Position numbers and translations under genes: made by a program. Below the pieces are notes generated by a model, which searched no databases, was not told the origin of the DNA, and saw nothing but the letters and a program-made list of their open reading frames with translations. 64,000 bases of DNA from an uncultured Verrucomicrobiae bacterium (GTDB taxonomy: Bacteria; Verrucomicrobiota; Verrucomicrobiia; Chthoniobacterales; UBA10450): positions 1-64,000 of the forward strand of contig CAWDGJ010000009.1 of the NCBI GenBank assembly GCA_963801815.1, in the 5' to 3' direction. This document shows positions 61,898-64,000 of the stretch, piece after piece (position 1 is the first letter of the stretch; every line of letters begins with the position of its first letter).

Positions 61898-62623
61898 GTG
61901 TCATCCGCGATATCCGCGGTTTCTGTTGTTCGCCTCATTCAAACTTTTTGTTATACCCACGTTGTGTCGAACCAACATGATCACATCGACAAGCCAGAGC
62001 CGCGGTGGCAGGCAGTCCTCGCATTTGTTGCAATCGGCGCGATTTATCTCGCGCTGCCGAGCAATCTCGTCTTCGGCCCGATCTGGTTCCTGCCAACATT
62101 GATCGGGGTGCTGATCATTCCCACGGTGATGACTCATAGAACGGGAAACCGTTCGCTGAACCGCCTGTTGGGAATCGTCATTAACGGCATCACGACGATT
62201 GCGCTGATCGGTTCGGTTGCGTTGTTGGTACGTGCGCTGCCGTCGCACAGGGAATCGCCTCTTCGCCTGTTGTTTTCCGGCGGATTGCTCTGGCTTACCA
62301 ACGTAATCGTTTTCGCACTTTGGTATTGGCGACTGGACGGCGGTGGACCAACGGTGCGACACGAAAGAAAAGAATTCGGCAGCACAAGTTTCTTGTTTCC
62401 CCAGATGCAAGTCCCGCACGACGAGCGAGCGCAATTCGAATGCGCGCGTTGGCGGCCGCGGTTTGTCGATTATTTCTTCGTCGCATTTACCCAGAGTTCG
62501 ACCTTTGGTCCGACCGACGCGCCACTGCTTGCGCGCTGGGCGAAAATTCTTTCCATGATACAAATCTCGATCTCACTCAGCATCGTCATCCTACTTATCT
62601 CTCGCGCCGTCGGCGTTCTCTAA
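61898..62623 (+). CDS. DUF1345-like membrane protein (true start probably ~61963)
   Basis: FALWYWRLDGGGP, FLFPQ, PRFVDY and FGPTD. Confidence 0.7.
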   Translation: MSSAISAVSVVRLIQTFCYTHVVSNQHDHIDKPEPRWQAVLAFVAIGAIYLALPSNLVFGPIWFLPTLIGVLIIPTVMTHRTGNRSLNRLLGIVINGITTIALIGSVALLVRALPSHRESPLRLLFSGGLLWLTNVIVFALWYWRLDGGGPTVRHERKEFGSTSFLFPQMQVPHDERAQFECARWRPRFVDYFFVAFTQSSTFGPTDAPLLARWAKILSMIQISISLSIVILLISRAVGVL

Positions 62624-62738
62624 ACAAAAAATTAAATTAGGAAAGCAGGAACTCAGGAAACATCTTGGTTCAGAAACTCAGAATTCCGTTCGTATTTTCT
62701 TTTCCCGCTTTCCTGGATTCCTGATTAAATTCTCTCGG

Positions 62739-63437
62739 ATGAATCTTTGGGTCGGAACGTCCGGTTTTCAGTACGCCGAATGGAAGGGCAATTTTTATCC
62801 CGAGGATCTGTCCACCGCGAAGATGCTGCCGTATTACGCCGAGCGATTCTCAACCACCGAGATTAATTACACGTTCCATCGTATCCCCGCCCCAAAGACG
62901 ATCGATAACTGGAAAGCGCAAACTCCCGACAAGTTCCGATTTGCGCTGAAAGCGCCGCAAAAGATCACCCATTGGTCGAAACTGAAGGATTGCGCCGACA
63001 CCCTGGAATATTTCTGCAAAGTCGCGAGCGGATTGGGGGAGCGCCTCGGCCCAGTGCTGTTTCAACTTCCGCCGACGTTCAAGAAGGATGCCGACGTGTT
63101 GAGCTCGTTTCTTCGCGAATTCCCCGATATGCGGGCCGCGTTTGAGTTCCGTCACGATTCCTGGTTCGACGACGAAATCTTCGATCTGCTGAAGTCGCGC
63201 AACATTTCGTTATGCATCGCCGACACCGACGATCTCGCCACTCCAAAGAAAATTACCGCTAATTACGGTTATCTCCGGCTTCGCCGTGAAGATTATCAAA
63301 AAAAGGATGTCGAAAGCTGGTCGAAGTTCGTCGCCCAACAAAAAGCGAATTGGAAAGACGCTTTCGTTTACTTCAAGCACGAAGAGAGCGGCACCGGACC
63401 GAAGCTGGCCAAGCAATTGATGGATTTGCTGGCATAA
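62739..63437 (+). CDS. DUF72 protein
   Basis: VGTSGF, TEINYTF, LFQLPP and YLRLR. Confidence 0.88.
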   Translation: MNLWVGTSGFQYAEWKGNFYPEDLSTAKMLPYYAERFSTTEINYTFHRIPAPKTIDNWKAQTPDKFRFALKAPQKITHWSKLKDCADTLEYFCKVASGLGERLGPVLFQLPPTFKKDADVLSSFLREFPDMRAAFEFRHDSWFDDEIFDLLKSRNISLCIADTDDLATPKKITANYGYLRLRREDYQKKDVESWSKFVAQQKANWKDAFVYFKHEESGTGPKLAKQLMDLLA

Positions 63438-63465
63438 GCGGGAGAACTTTGGCGAAATGCCCTTC

Positions 63466-64000
63466 ATGAAAGCTCCCAGACAATTTCTCTGCCTGGCCCT
63501 CCTGCTAGTCGTTCCGCAACTGGCTTCAGCCGCAGGCCTGCCGCCATGGCAGTTCGGCATGACCAAGGAACAGGTAGCGAGTTTCAACCAGTTCGGCCCG
63601 TACAAGAGCTTCTCAAACGGAGATCTCGAAACCTACAACGGGATCTACCGCGGTAAAAAACACAACGTTCAGTTCTATTTTCAAAACAACCGGCTGGTTA
63701 AGATCATGGTTTCATTTGGTGAAGGGACGAGCCGCGAGAAGGCTATCCAGACCTTTCGGCAAGTGTACGGCGTCTTGGAAAAGATTTACGGAAAAGTAGT
63801 TATCCCTGAGGTTAGTGTCGGAAAAGGAAGTCAGCCTGTGAATGCCGAGGTTCTGGCGATTGGAGCGGCAGCGAATGCTTCAGTAACCGGCTACACTCAT
63901 ATCAACCCGGTAAATCAGCCGCGAGATATGCATGTTTGGGGAACGATCGCCAGCAAAGTGATCGGCAACGAGAGATGGTATTACGTTTCGATCATGTTTG
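63466..64000 (+). CDS. Exported hypothetical protein, runs off the window
   Basis: Signal peptide MKAPRQFLCLALLLVVPQLASA; appears open to the window end. Confidence 0.55.
   Translation, partial: MKAPRQFLCLALLLVVPQLASAAGLPPWQFGMTKEQVASFNQFGPYKSFSNGDLETYNGIYRGKKHNVQFYFQNNRLVKIMVSFGEGTSREKAIQTFRQVYGVLEKIYGKVVIPEVSVGKGSQPVNAEVLAIGAAANASVTGYTHINPVNQPRDMHVWGTIASKVIGNERWYYVSIMF

Overview
A bacterial chromosome segment; the gene content and repeat style suggest a soil Verrucomicrobia/Chthoniobacterales-like organism (inference). The left half (about 1-33840) is an accessory region downstream of a minus-strand tRNA-Asn(GTT). It is split into modules by five copies of the tRNA 3' end. Four copies carry a conserved ~137-bp arm ending in TGCTGGCA-ATTT-TGCTGGCA. 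Four junctions (three copies plus the tRNA) carry an inverted TGCCAGCA exactly 40 bp on the other side. The modules hold arsenic resistance, NnrS plus a DoxD-like/NirK fusion, rhodanese/RND efflux and NDH-2/LysR/RND/esterase genes, and I found no integrase. This reads as a tRNA-anchored array of non-autonomous cassettes. Next to it, tRNA-fMet is followed by two tandem GIY-YIG genes separated by tRNA 3' fragments fused to palindromes. The right half is core-like: infA, pfkA, argG, a Phe/Tyr catabolism cluster with a likely biopterin pathway (folE, triple-domain PTPS, SDR, phhA), ECF sigma/anti-sigma, L,D-transpeptidase, DUF885 and a KirBac channel. It is peppered with REP-like palindromes, some inside coding sequences. 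Frameshifts in pfkA, argG, the aquaporin and the phhA 5' end are probably sequencing indels. All alignments and family calls were made by eye.
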